From positions 1 to 57,668 of IMG/VR virus record IMGVR_UViG_3300035703_000107: 57,668 bases of DNA; one strand, 5' to 3'. Positions 26,486 through 34,423 of this stretch are shown here, one piece after another; position 1 is the stretch's first letter, and every line of letters starts with the position of its first letter. The notes below the pieces were generated by a model. It ran no database searches. It saw only the letters and a list, made by a program, of their open reading frames with translations, and was not told where the DNA came from. This stretch comes from a virus. Lineage: Duplodnaviria > Caudoviricetes. Position numbers and translations under genes: made by a program.

Positions 26486-26870
26486 ATACCCTTATGCATG
26501 TAGTCGTATTATTTTATTTCGACTATCACAAAATTACATTAGGAGATACCCTAACGTTTCACTACTCTCCCCTTTCCTTCGGCGGGGAGTTATAACCTAT
26601 ACGTATGAATTGATCTGAATGAATTGAACCTATAAGTATTAATTGAATATATAACTACGTTCACCCTAGATCCGAACGTACCTACCCCATCCTCCATTCA
26701 AGTAGGTTCGTTCAACTAGGCTCGTTCACCCTGAGTCCATAAGTACCCGACAGACGTTCGTGCACAAGGCTCTGTCTTCCCCACCTCTGCTCCTCTACTG
26801 CACTCTTCCCGTGGTAGGAGCCACTTCTCTTCTGACGCCACCGTTGTTATCCCCGTCCGTCAGGAGTTCT

Positions 26871-26899
26871 AGTTTAGTACTACTAATATTTATTTGCAA
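26871..26899 (-). promoter_or_regulatory. Sigma70-type leftward promoter overlapped by a palindromic operator
   Basis: Minus strand TTGCAA-17 nt-TAAACT; TTAGTA-C-TACTAA palindrome at 26874-26886. Confidence 0.65.
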
Positions 26900-26912
26900 G
26901 ACGTGAAAGTAA

Positions 26913-26941
26913 TTGACGCAGATGTTAGTACGTACGATACT
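26913..26941 (+). promoter_or_regulatory. Sigma70-type promoter for the repressor
   Basis: TTGACG-17 nt-GATACT. Confidence 0.65.
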
Positions 26942-26975
26942 CGCGCTGCTTACTAAACCACCGCAGGTAATCACA

Positions 26976-27638
26976 ATGCCAAACCGAGATCTCAACTACG
27001 AAGAGAAAGAAGACGCCAAGCGGTTGAAGGGTATCTGGCAAGACAAGAAAGAGAAGCTCAACCTCAGTCAAGTCAAGGCCGCTCAAGAGCTAGGCTACTC
27101 GAGCCAGGGCGCGATCTCTCAGTACCTCAATGGCAAGGTCGCATTGAACATGCAAGCCGTTGCCAAGTTCGCCAAGCTACTGAAGGTGGGCGTAGGTGAC
27201 ATCAGCCCTCGCTACGCCAGTATGGTGCGGGCCCCAACTCCAGAACCACTGGAGCCCTATAACCCGCCTACAACGGGTTCAATCGGTGGCGTACCCACGG
27301 ATACTGTCCTGACCTGGTTCGCCTTCCATACGTCGTTCTGTGCGTCCCTAGGGGTACCGCCAGAGAACCTGAAGCTGGTGCGTCTCAATGACGAATCGTT
27401 TAAGGAAATGCCTATCGGAACTGTACTTCTGATAGACGATCGCTATCACGAGAAAGCAGAGTCAGGTGTGTACCTCCTCGAGCAGAACGGAACCATCGTT
27501 GCTCGTCGCCTCAATGTGCAGAACGATGAGATTCAAATCGTAGGTGGAAATAAAAAGATGCAATTAAGCGGGTCTGCATATGGTCTGCTACGCATCATAG
27601 CCCGCGTTATCTCAGTGTTTACCCCTGTGGTTGCATAA
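26976..27638 (+). CDS. CI-like repressor (XRE HTH plus degenerate S24-like domain)
   Basis: Lambda-cI-like N-terminus (RLK.IW..KK..LNLSQ..AA..LG..SQGAISQYLNGKVALN). Confidence 0.85.
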   Translation: MPNRDLNYEEKEDAKRLKGIWQDKKEKLNLSQVKAAQELGYSSQGAISQYLNGKVALNMQAVAKFAKLLKVGVGDISPRYASMVRAPTPEPLEPYNPPTTGSIGGVPTDTVLTWFAFHTSFCASLGVPPENLKLVRLNDESFKEMPIGTVLLIDDRYHEKAESGVYLLEQNGTIVARRLNVQNDEIQIVGGNKKMQLSGSAYGLLRIIARVISVFTPVVA

Positions 27639-27669
27639 CAACACCATCAATTTTTTTTATTCATACCTA

Positions 27670-27697
27670 TTGACGCTACTAATAAATGTTCTATACT
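27670..27697 (+). promoter_or_regulatory. Sigma70-type promoter for the recombination operon with an operator half-site
   Basis: TTGACG-16 nt-TATACT; the spacer contains CTACTAATA. Confidence 0.65.
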
Positions 27698-27735
27698 GCT
27701 ATTACTGCAACATCGCAGAGAGAGAGAAAGGGTAT

Positions 27736-28392
27736 ATGGAAGAACAACTTAAACCGACCAAACCCCCGTTGGTTCTTGTGGGGATTCAGCTGGTCACCGC
27801 CGCATTTGCGGAGAAGGGAATCGGAAAGAACCAGAAGAATGAACAGCAGGGCTTTGCGTTTCGAGGGATCGATGATGTCTTGAATCGCATGAGCAAGGAG
27901 CTGGTTGATGCCAACCTGGCGATCGTGCCTCGAGTCATCAGCCGTGATGTCAGCGAGCGGGTGAACTCCCGTGGCAATCCCCTCTTCTACGTCGTCCTGA
28001 CGGTTGAGTACAAGATCTACTCCACTCTGGATGGATCGAACGTCACCTGTGTCGTAGTCGGTGAGGCTATGGACTCGGGCGACAAGGCAACAAACAAAGC
28101 GTTGTCGATCGCCTACAAGTACATGGCGTTCCAGCTCTTCAGCATTCCGATTGCTGACGATCCCGATCGCACCACCCACACCCTCGCACCTAGCGAAAAG
28201 ACTGTCGGTGCTACTGAGATCGATGCCATCCGCAAACTTGCTGAGCAAGCAGGTGTGACGGAGGACTACATAGCTGGGATCTATAAGGTCGAAGCACTCA
28301 ACTTTTTGCCCCTGTCCAAAGCCCCTGAGGTGATGGCGCAGTTGCAGAAGAAAATCAAATCTAAATCAACCAAAGAGAAGGAAGCAGCATGA
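27736..28392 (+). CDS. erf: ERF-family ssDNA annealing protein
   Basis: K...N..QGFAFRGIDDV...GEAMDSGDKATNKALSIAYKY...F.IP..DDPD. Confidence 0.88.
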   Translation: MEEQLKPTKPPLVLVGIQLVTAAFAEKGIGKNQKNEQQGFAFRGIDDVLNRMSKELVDANLAIVPRVISRDVSERVNSRGNPLFYVVLTVEYKIYSTLDGSNVTCVVVGEAMDSGDKATNKALSIAYKYMAFQLFSIPIADDPDRTTHTLAPSEKTVGATEIDAIRKLAEQAGVTEDYIAGIYKVEALNFLPLSKAPEVMAQLQKKIKSKSTKEKEAA

Positions 28393-28637
28393 GCGAGTAC
28401 AACAACATTTCAGTTTTCAAAGCCAAGCCTAGCGAGAACCCCAAGGCTCCACTGTTCAACGTCGTCATCGAGATGTCGAACGGCGAGAAGTTCCGTGGTG
28501 GTCTGTGGAAGAAGGTATCGAAGAACGGCCTCGAGTATCTGAGCGGTACGCTTGAGGAAGATGATGGTCAAGGTGGTGGCGGTCAGCGCAAAGCTCCCGC
28601 GGCTAAGCCCAAGCAAGACGACATGATCGATTGGTAG
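28389..28637 (+). CDS. Small SSB-like protein
   Basis: N.KAP.F...GLWKK.SKNGLEYLSG; Gly-rich linker and acidic-aromatic tail DDMIDW. Confidence 0.6.
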   Translation: MSEYNNISVFKAKPSENPKAPLFNVVIEMSNGEKFRGGLWKKVSKNGLEYLSGTLEEDDGQGGGGQRKAPAAKPKQDDMIDW

Positions 28638-28639
28638 TC

Positions 28640-28815
28640 AAGGCGGGGTCAGCGGATTTCCCATATGGCAGATGTGGCGCACCAAGCTGATCCCTGTTTC
28701 CGAGGTGCGATAGTAAGCCCTCCTTTCCCGCGCAAGCGGAGGTCGCAAGACCAAGGCGTAACACCTAACGTCAAGGCAATCTGCTCGGGACGTGACAGCG
28801 GAGAGAGATCCGCCC
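28640..28815 (+). ncRNA. Candidate structured RNA
   Basis: GGGGTCAGC/GCTGATCCC stem, GCAA-loop hairpins, GCGGA-GAGAGA-TCCGC hairpin in an intergenic gap. Confidence 0.45.
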
Positions 28816-28833
28816 ATATAACAAGGAGTGTGT

Positions 28834-29721
28834 GTGAATCTAACTAACCTACATGATCTACCTGAGGCATTTGTCAGAGCGGTCACCAATGATCCCTACA
28901 CGGGTGGTGGCGACATCTCAGTAACCAAGCTCATCGACTCCCCTCAGGTGCGGATTCTCCGCAAGCAATACGGTCATGCCGTGGTCGAGGATGTGAGCGA
29001 TCGGATCTGGTCTCTCCTCGGTCAGTCGGTTCACACCATCCTGGAACGTGCGGGCAACGAGACATCTGACATTCAGGAAGAACGTCTGTTTGCTGACGTT
29101 GATGGTTGGAAGCTGTCAGGTCAATTCGACAGAATGGAAGTTCGATCCAAGACGATGGACGATTACAAAGTGACCAGCACGTACAAAGTCACAGGCGATC
29201 ACAAGGATTGGGAACGTCAGCTGAATGTACTTCGCTGGCTTGCTATCCAGAATGGCTATGAAGTGGAGCGTCTGAGGATCGTGGCAATCCTGAGGGATTT
29301 TAGTAAGGCTAAAGGTCTTCGCGATCCAGACTATCCAAAGCAAGCGGTCGTTGTAGTTCCGATCGAGGTGTGGCCGATTGAAGAAACGTATCAGTACATC
29401 AGAACCCGTATCAGTCTGCATCAACAGGCAGAAGCAGGCACGATGGTTGAATGTACTGATGACGAAAGATGGTTTAGTGGCAACAAGTATGCATTGATGA
29501 AGAAAGGCGCAAAGCGAGCGATAAAACTATATGAGCGAAGAGAAGACATTCCGACCCCTCTCACTGACGGAACTTTTGTTGAGGAGAGAGCGGGGGTATA
29601 CAGGCGGTGCGCCGAATACTGCGAGGTCGCACCCTTCTGCGAGCAGTACAAACCTATTAGGGAGGCGGTTTCTACTTCCCTCTGGGAGAGTGATAACGGT
29701 GATGGAGGAAACGGGGTATGA
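28834..29721 (+). CDS. PD-(D/E)XK Cas4-like exonuclease
   Basis: ISVTKL...G..VH..LE...EER...LSGQFD...DYK...QLN...C-terminal C...RC..YC....FC. Confidence 0.82.
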   Translation: MNLTNLHDLPEAFVRAVTNDPYTGGGDISVTKLIDSPQVRILRKQYGHAVVEDVSDRIWSLLGQSVHTILERAGNETSDIQEERLFADVDGWKLSGQFDRMEVRSKTMDDYKVTSTYKVTGDHKDWERQLNVLRWLAIQNGYEVERLRIVAILRDFSKAKGLRDPDYPKQAVVVVPIEVWPIEETYQYIRTRISLHQQAEAGTMVECTDDERWFSGNKYALMKKGAKRAIKLYERREDIPTPLTDGTFVEERAGVYRRCAEYCEVAPFCEQYKPIREAVSTSLWESDNGDGGNGV

Positions 29722-29854
29722 CAGTTACATCTGTGAGTACGACGTTCCCGAGATCCCGTTGGTAGCTGGCATGACTCGAGAGGAAATCGAAGATGGTCGG
29801 CGTGTGGAGTTTAGAAAAAGTTTTATTTTGAATCATGGCAAGGAGTGGAAGTAA
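29531..29854 (+). CDS. Hypothetical protein (start uncertain, overlaps the exonuclease)
   Basis: Fills the gap to the next gene; its stop is coupled to the ATG at 29854. Confidence 0.4.
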   Translation: MSEEKTFRPLSLTELLLRRERGYTGGAPNTARSHPSASSTNLLGRRFLLPSGRVITVMEETGYDSYICEYDVPEIPLVAGMTREEIEDGRRVEFRKSFILNHGKEWK

Positions 29855-30057
29855 TGGATAACAAATTGATGGATGTGGATGAGGCATCGCAATACGTTGG
29901 ACTCTCGCAGTTCACCGTGCGTCGCCTCGCAAGACAGGGGGTATTGCCTGCAGCAAAGATCGGTCGTGCGTATCGGTTCAAGCGTGAGGACATCGACTCC
30001 TATATCAGGACTCAGTACAAGGGAGCTAACGATGCCAATAGATCCAGTCAAGGCTGA
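29854..30057 (+). CDS. Excisionase-like HTH protein
   Basis: LMDVDEASQYVGLS..TVRRLARQG.LPA.KIGR.YRF....ID. Confidence 0.82.
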   Translation: MDNKLMDVDEASQYVGLSQFTVRRLARQGVLPAAKIGRAYRFKREDIDSYIRTQYKGANDANRSSQG

Positions 30058-30283
30058 GCAGCTCGAAGGTTTCATACGTCGCTGGGCTGAGTTCTCAGAT
30101 AACAATCCTCAGATTGTTCTAGGAGATTGGCTTCACACCTTCTCGATCATGATGGGCTTGGCCATGCGCCTGTCTGACATGAACGAGGAGGCGCTAGACG
30201 ATGCGTGCTATCGCATCGAGAAGATGGTGCGGTCATCCTTCGATAACTCGAGAGACCATATCAAACCAAGTTCATTGCAGTAG
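30032..30283 (+). CDS. Hypothetical protein
   Basis: GGGAG RBS; starts MPIDPVK. Confidence 0.65.
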   Translation: MPIDPVKAEQLEGFIRRWAEFSDNNPQIVLGDWLHTFSIMMGLAMRLSDMNEEALDDACYRIEKMVRSSFDNSRDHIKPSSLQ

Positions 30284-30294
30284 GGAGAATAAGA

Positions 30295-30498
30295 ATGGCA
30301 AAGGTAACTTTAGTGATCGAGGATTTACCCGAAGGGGGCGCTGACATTCTTCAGATTGCGGTGCAGACGGACGATGTAGTTGATCGGGAAAAAATTACTC
30401 CAGCACAGGAGATGGCTGCAACAGTTTTAGGTTTAATCGAATACGCAAGGGAACAATACGAGAATGATTCCATGTCCGAAGTGCAAGAAAAGGACTGA
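30295..30498 (+). CDS. Hypothetical protein
   Basis: MAKVTLVIED...TPAQ..A. Confidence 0.7.
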   Translation: MAKVTLVIEDLPEGGADILQIAVQTDDVVDREKITPAQEMAATVLGLIEYAREQYENDSMSEVQEKD

Positions 30499-30805
30499 TG
30501 TCTATGACTCCAGGATCAACACGCTTGGCCAGCTCAGACGCAAGAGGACGTGCCGTTCATGTGGCTGGCGATTCGCAACGATCGAAGTCATGGACTCGGG
30601 AAACCAGCTTCGGCAACTGGACGAACTTCCACCACCAAAACCCAAGGTGGAAAAAGTGCCCAAGCCCAAGCGAGATAAGCCTGTGAAGGTGAAGCAGTGG
30701 AAGCAAGAGAAAGTCAGACGCTTTGATGAGGATGACTTTGAGGAGGATGGCTACCAGGTGCCAGAGGATCTTCGGTATCTGATTAGCGATCGTGGTTTTG
30801 ACTAA
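30464..30805 (+). CDS. NrdR-type Zn-ribbon protein
   Basis: CPKC...V.DSR......RRKR.C..CG.RF.T.E; no ATP-cone. Confidence 0.75.
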   Translation: MIPCPKCKKRTDVYDSRINTLGQLRRKRTCRSCGWRFATIEVMDSGNQLRQLDELPPPKPKVEKVPKPKRDKPVKVKQWKQEKVRRFDEDDFEEDGYQVPEDLRYLISDRGFD

Positions 30806-30829
30806 CAGTATCAGTCGGGGAGATATGAT

Positions 30830-31087
30830 ATGAACATGCAAGAACTTAGTAGCAAGATGGATGAATCAGTACGGGTACTCCGTGACGTATTCGTTCATGA
30901 GCAGCAAGAGGCATTACTGATTGAGGTGGCGCATAGCCTGGTTGAGAAGCTGGCTTCGCGTGATGAAGAGATCGACAAGTTGAAGGATCACATCCTTCAC
31001 CTGAATTCAGAAATCAATTCGCTTCGCGCCCGCATCGACAAGTACGTGAGATTGGATGGTTATTCGTCGGAGGACTTGGATGAGTAA
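30830..31087 (+). CDS. Coiled-coil hypothetical protein
   Basis: GGGGAG RBS. Confidence 0.65.
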   Translation: MNMQELSSKMDESVRVLRDVFVHEQQEALLIEVAHSLVEKLASRDEEIDKLKDHILHLNSEINSLRARIDKYVRLDGYSSEDLDE

Positions 31088-31514
31088 GACACCAGTCGCC
31101 TACATGAAGGGGCAGTACGACTCTGGCTTCTTTGAGCCTGAGCACACCCAGACCTTCGGGCCTATCGAAGGAATCGGTGATGTGAACTCAGCTGAGAAAG
31201 GATCTGGCGCCCGCTACAACGGCGGCAAACCTGATCTCAGTTTGATCCCGCTTTCTACCCTCGAGGATGAGGCGCGGGTCTGGATGTACGGCAAACAGAA
31301 ATACGCCGCCTGGAACTGGACAAAGGGTATGCCTTGGTCGGTGCCACTCGCTTGTGCTCTGCGCCATCTAGCTGCATGGCAACGAGGTGAGGACATCGAT
31401 TCGGAGTCTGGTCAGCACCACCTGGCGCACGTCATGTGCAATCTCAGGATGCTGATGCTCTATTCCAAGACCTATCCAGAAGGAGATGACCGACCACCTA
31501 AGGAGAACCTATGA
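31080..31514 (+). CDS. DUF5664-type dATP/dGTP diphosphohydrolase domain protein
   Basis: GKP.LSLIP......ARV..YG..KY...NW.KG.......A.RHL.AW..GED.D.ESG.HHLAH. Confidence 0.85.
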   Translation: MSKTPVAYMKGQYDSGFFEPEHTQTFGPIEGIGDVNSAEKGSGARYNGGKPDLSLIPLSTLEDEARVWMYGKQKYAAWNWTKGMPWSVPLACALRHLAAWQRGEDIDSESGQHHLAHVMCNLRMLMLYSKTYPEGDDRPPKENL

Positions 31515-31771
31515 ACACAGACTTACTACGCACTCAGTTGTGGGGCGCAGCCAATGAGATTGATGGACTGAAGAACCGTATTCAGAACGCCGCGGATGTG
31601 CTCGAGATCATGGCGGTATCTGAGACAACGGAACCCCACTCAGGCGCATTGTGGTTTGTGCGCGATTCCATCAAGACACTATGTGAGTTGATGGATTTTG
31701 AAGTGGACAAGCTGATGGAAGTCTCACGTCAGTTGCATGAAGAAGAACCCAAGAAGAAGAAGGTTAAGTGA
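31511..31771 (+). CDS. Hypothetical protein
   Basis: AAGGAG RBS; ATGA coupling. Confidence 0.65.
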   Translation: MNTDLLRTQLWGAANEIDGLKNRIQNAADVLEIMAVSETTEPHSGALWFVRDSIKTLCELMDFEVDKLMEVSRQLHEEEPKKKKVK

Positions 31772-32013
31772 GGCAGTCAAGACTTGGATCTCTCGTTGAA
31801 GTCAGCGTCAACATCGCGATCGGCTTCTTGATTAACTGGATTGCCAACATCCTCGTGCTACCCATGTTCGGGTTTGAGGTGACGGCAGGCCAGGCGTTCC
31901 AGATGGGATTGGTCTTCACGGTCATCTCAGTGGCAAGAAGCTACGTGGTGAGACGCTACTTCGAACAGCGGATCCACAAGGCTGCGATGAGGCTGGGCAA
32001 GAGACATGGGTGA
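31768..32013 (+). CDS. Small membrane protein
   Basis: QSR..SL.E...N..IG.......P.FG...FT..S..RSY..RR.F. Confidence 0.75.
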   Translation: MRQSRLGSLVEVSVNIAIGFLINWIANILVLPMFGFEVTAGQAFQMGLVFTVISVARSYVVRRYFEQRIHKAAMRLGKRHG

Positions 32014-32269
32014 CCTGTTTACTGACCAGCTTTCTCAAGAAGAGAAGTGGGCAATAGAAATACAGGATTGCCGCGATCGGGTGGAGAGCAGGGTGATGGA
32101 AGCCTTGGCTCTTGGTCGGGCAAAGACAAAAAGAAAGGAGTTGTACAAGTCATGGCGTACTCAATATGGCGACGACATCGCCAAAGAATCCGCAAAGCTA
32201 GTGGAAGCAATTATCAAAGGGGATCTAGAGATCCCGAAATGGTTTCGAATAAGGAGAAGAAATAAGTGA
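32006..32269 (+). CDS. Hypothetical protein
   Basis: Coupled within the operon. Confidence 0.6.
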   Translation: MGDLFTDQLSQEEKWAIEIQDCRDRVESRVMEALALGRAKTKRKELYKSWRTQYGDDIAKESAKLVEAIIKGDLEIPKWFRIRRRNK

Positions 32270-32475
32270 GTGCACCACATGAAGTAGCAGAAGCAATGCT
32301 CTGCATCCGTGATCAGTGGAAAGAGCTGAACTTGCAACTAGCTGGCACTAACACCGACCACGACAAGGTGCTCGAGATGGCAACCTTGATTCGTGCGAAC
32401 GCTAGTGTGGTGAGGGACTGGAGTATTCACCAAACAGTAAGGGCTGCCGAAGCAGCCCCCAAAGTTACTTCTTAG
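32266..32475 (+). CDS. Hypothetical protein
   Basis: AAGGAG RBS; GTG start. Confidence 0.6.
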   Translation: MSAPHEVAEAMLCIRDQWKELNLQLAGTNTDHDKVLEMATLIRANASVVRDWSIHQTVRAAEAAPKVTS

Positions 32476-32767
32476 CGGTTCGAGTTCGAGTTGTTTTCTT
32501 GGCTTTGCCAGCACCACCTCGAGGCTTACGAAACGTGACGATCACTGGCCCCATCAACGCTTTGGCTAGCCCGTCGAGAATGTTCTTCTCGGGTAGCTTC
32601 ATCGTAGATGCAGCCTCACGAACTGCAGCGACTGCAGTATGCAGTTGTGGTTCATCGCCATTGAGAACCACGTTCTTCGCTGCTTGTTCTGCTAGCTTTT
32701 GCTGGAGGGCCGCACGCTTTGCCTCGAGCTTCTTGAGTTGCTCTTCATACGAGACGCGCATTTCCAT
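32465..32767 (-). CDS. Small protein resembling the H-NS N-terminal domain, with a basic tail
   Basis: SYEEQLKKLEAKRAALQQKLAE...AVAAVRE; ends RKPRGG..KAKKTTRTRTAKK. Confidence 0.55.
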   Translation of the reverse strand: MEMRVSYEEQLKKLEAKRAALQQKLAEQAAKNVVLNGDEPQLHTAVAAVREAASTMKLPEKNILDGLAKALMGPVIVTFRKPRGGAGKAKKTTRTRTAKK

Positions 32768-32918
32768 TCCTTTCTTGAGTGGACTTGTGCCGATGAGGCG
32801 AAAGCATTGTAACTCTTTTTTCTGTTACATGTGTAGCACTAATAACTAATGGGTGTTGCTTATGTTGCATTATGTTGATACAATTGTTTCGCGTGTCCTC
32901 GGCTGAAGAGAGGGAACT

Positions 32919-33989
32919 ATGAATCTCTACAGACGGGGTGATGTGTGGTGGGGTCGTTGGTCGGCTAACGGCCGTCAGGTGCGGATGTCTTCGAACACCA
33001 GTGACGAGCGGTTGGCTAAGCAATACCTTGCTCAGAAGTACAGCGAGTCTTTTCGTGAGGTCAAGCTGGGTGAGAAGCCCCGCAGAACTTGGGAAGAGTG
33101 CACGCAGCGGTACCTTGAGAAGCATCGTGACCTGAAGACTTTCGAGAAGTACGAGTATCAGTCTGCATGGTGGACGACGCAGTTCAAGCAGAAGGGCATC
33201 ACGTACATCGATCAGCTGGATCCTGAGGTAGTCGAGAAGATCTGCCTCGAGGAGTTGGCAAGACCGAAGAAGCGTGGTGGTGGTAAGCGGACTCCCGCGG
33301 ATGTGAATCGAAAGATTGCCTATCTGCGTGCAGTTGTGAACGCAGTCTATCGGACGTATCGGTGGGCTGATGGGGTGCCACCCCTGTTTGCAATGCTGCC
33401 TGGTGAGATCGAGCGTGATAAGGCGCTGGAACCCACCGAGGTACTGAGGCTAGCTCGAGCGTTGCCCGAGCCCTACGGGACGATGGCGAGGTTTGCGGTG
33501 GCAACAGGACTGCGGCGCATGAACGTTCTGCGACTGCGCTGGGAGTACGTGGATCTGGGTGCTCGGATGGTTCGCCTTCCGCATCAGATCATGAAGAACG
33601 GTCAGGAGCTGAGGCTACCCCTCAACAGTCTGGCAATTGAAATACTTCGTGGTCAGATGGGTAAGTCGAATGAGTGGGTGTTTGTGAAGAAGGATGGCAA
33701 CCCACCAGGCGAGATACCTTCCAAGGTTTGGACTGCCGCAACAAAGAAGGCAGGGTTGGAAGGGGTACGCTGGCACGATCTGAGGCACTCGTGGGCAACC
33801 ATCCTGGGGGAGAGTGGTATCCCTGAGCAGGAGATCCAAAGGCTGGGCGGATGGAAGGATGCGAGGATGGTAAAGCGGTACTCCAACCTCTCGGTCAGCC
33901 ACCTGTCCAAGGCAGCAGAGGTAGTGTCTGGAGCGTTTAGCACAGATTTAGCACAGTGCGATTTAGACGAACTCCAGAAAGCAGCGTAA
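32919..33989 (+). CDS. int: Tyrosine integrase
   Basis: TGLRR (Arg I), KNG, HDLRHSWA (H-x-x-R), LGGW, MVKRY (Tyr); N-terminal arm-binding domain. Confidence 0.95.
   Translation: MNLYRRGDVWWGRWSANGRQVRMSSNTSDERLAKQYLAQKYSESFREVKLGEKPRRTWEECTQRYLEKHRDLKTFEKYEYQSAWWTTQFKQKGITYIDQLDPEVVEKICLEELARPKKRGGGKRTPADVNRKIAYLRAVVNAVYRTYRWADGVPPLFAMLPGEIERDKALEPTEVLRLARALPEPYGTMARFAVATGLRRMNVLRLRWEYVDLGARMVRLPHQIMKNGQELRLPLNSLAIEILRGQMGKSNEWVFVKKDGNPPGEIPSKVWTAATKKAGLEGVRWHDLRHSWATILGESGIPEQEIQRLGGWKDARMVKRYSNLSVSHLSKAAEVVSGAFSTDLAQCDLDELQKAA
33936..33956 (+). repeat. Putative integrase arm-type sites (left)
   Basis: Tandem TTTAGCACAG-A-TTTAGCACAG. Confidence 0.7.
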
Positions 33990-34002
33990 GTACTTGGTTT
34001 GT

Positions 34003-34048
34003 TGGTGGGCCCAGTTGGATTCGAACCAACGACCAAGGGATTATGAGT
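34003..34048 (-). mobile_element. attP core equal to the 3' half of a tRNA-Ile2(CAU)
   Basis: Minus strand ACTCATAA TCCCT TGGTC GTTGG TTCGAAT CCAAC TGGGCCC A CCA; 5' half absent; starts 14 bp after the int stop. Confidence 0.88.
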
Positions 34049-34163
34049 TTGTTACTGATAATCCAATAGTAGGGCTGATTGCTTCATAACTGCTTGTATC
34101 GTAATTTTTATCGGTCGGGGACACGCAAACCTACCGAGCAGTGTGAAGCAGTGGATGGTGGTG

Positions 34164-34187
34164 TGTGCTAGCACAGTTTTAGCACAG
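34164..34187 (+). repeat. Putative integrase arm-type sites (right)
   Basis: TGTGCTAGCACAG-TTTTAGCACAG: two direct TAGCACAG copies plus one overlapping inverted copy. Confidence 0.7.
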
Positions 34188-34242
34188 CTAATGGACAAGG
34201 GATTGTCTCTCAGGGGGCAATCAGTAGGATAAGGGAGAACAT

Positions 34243-34389
34243 ATGAGCTCTTGGTTAATCATCGTGACGGGTCTGATCTACGGATACATCGCGATCGAAC
34301 AAGGCTTCAAAGGCAACATCGCAATGCTTATCGTGTACAGCGGGTACGCATTCAGCAATGTTGGCTTGTACTGGATGGCGACTAAATGA
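34243..34389 (+). CDS. 48-aa membrane protein (absent from the ORF track)
   Basis: GGGAG RBS; MSSWLIIVTGLIYGYIAIEQGFKGNIAMLIVYSGYAFSNVGLYWMATK. Confidence 0.75.
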   Translation: MSSWLIIVTGLIYGYIAIEQGFKGNIAMLIVYSGYAFSNVGLYWMATK

Positions 34390-34423
34390 AAGTACTTTGC
34401 AATTTAGTCGCGACTTTTTTGAA

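Noticed and set aside
27631-27735. N-terminal extension of ERF given in the ORF track
   Set aside because: It overlaps the predicted promoter; the ATG at 27736 with a purine-rich RBS is the more likely start
28834-29721. CRISPR-associated Cas4
   Set aside because: Context is ERF plus SSB-like genes, so it is an ordinary phage recombination exonuclease
30464-30805. Full NrdR repressor
   Set aside because: Only the Zn ribbon is present; the ATP-cone is missing
31080-31514. 2-aminoadenine (Z) genome pathway
   Set aside because: No PurZ or phage DNA polymerase is encoded
34003-34048. Second intact tRNA gene
   Set aside because: Only the anticodon loop to CCA is present, with no D-arm or 5' acceptor strand; it is better explained as attP
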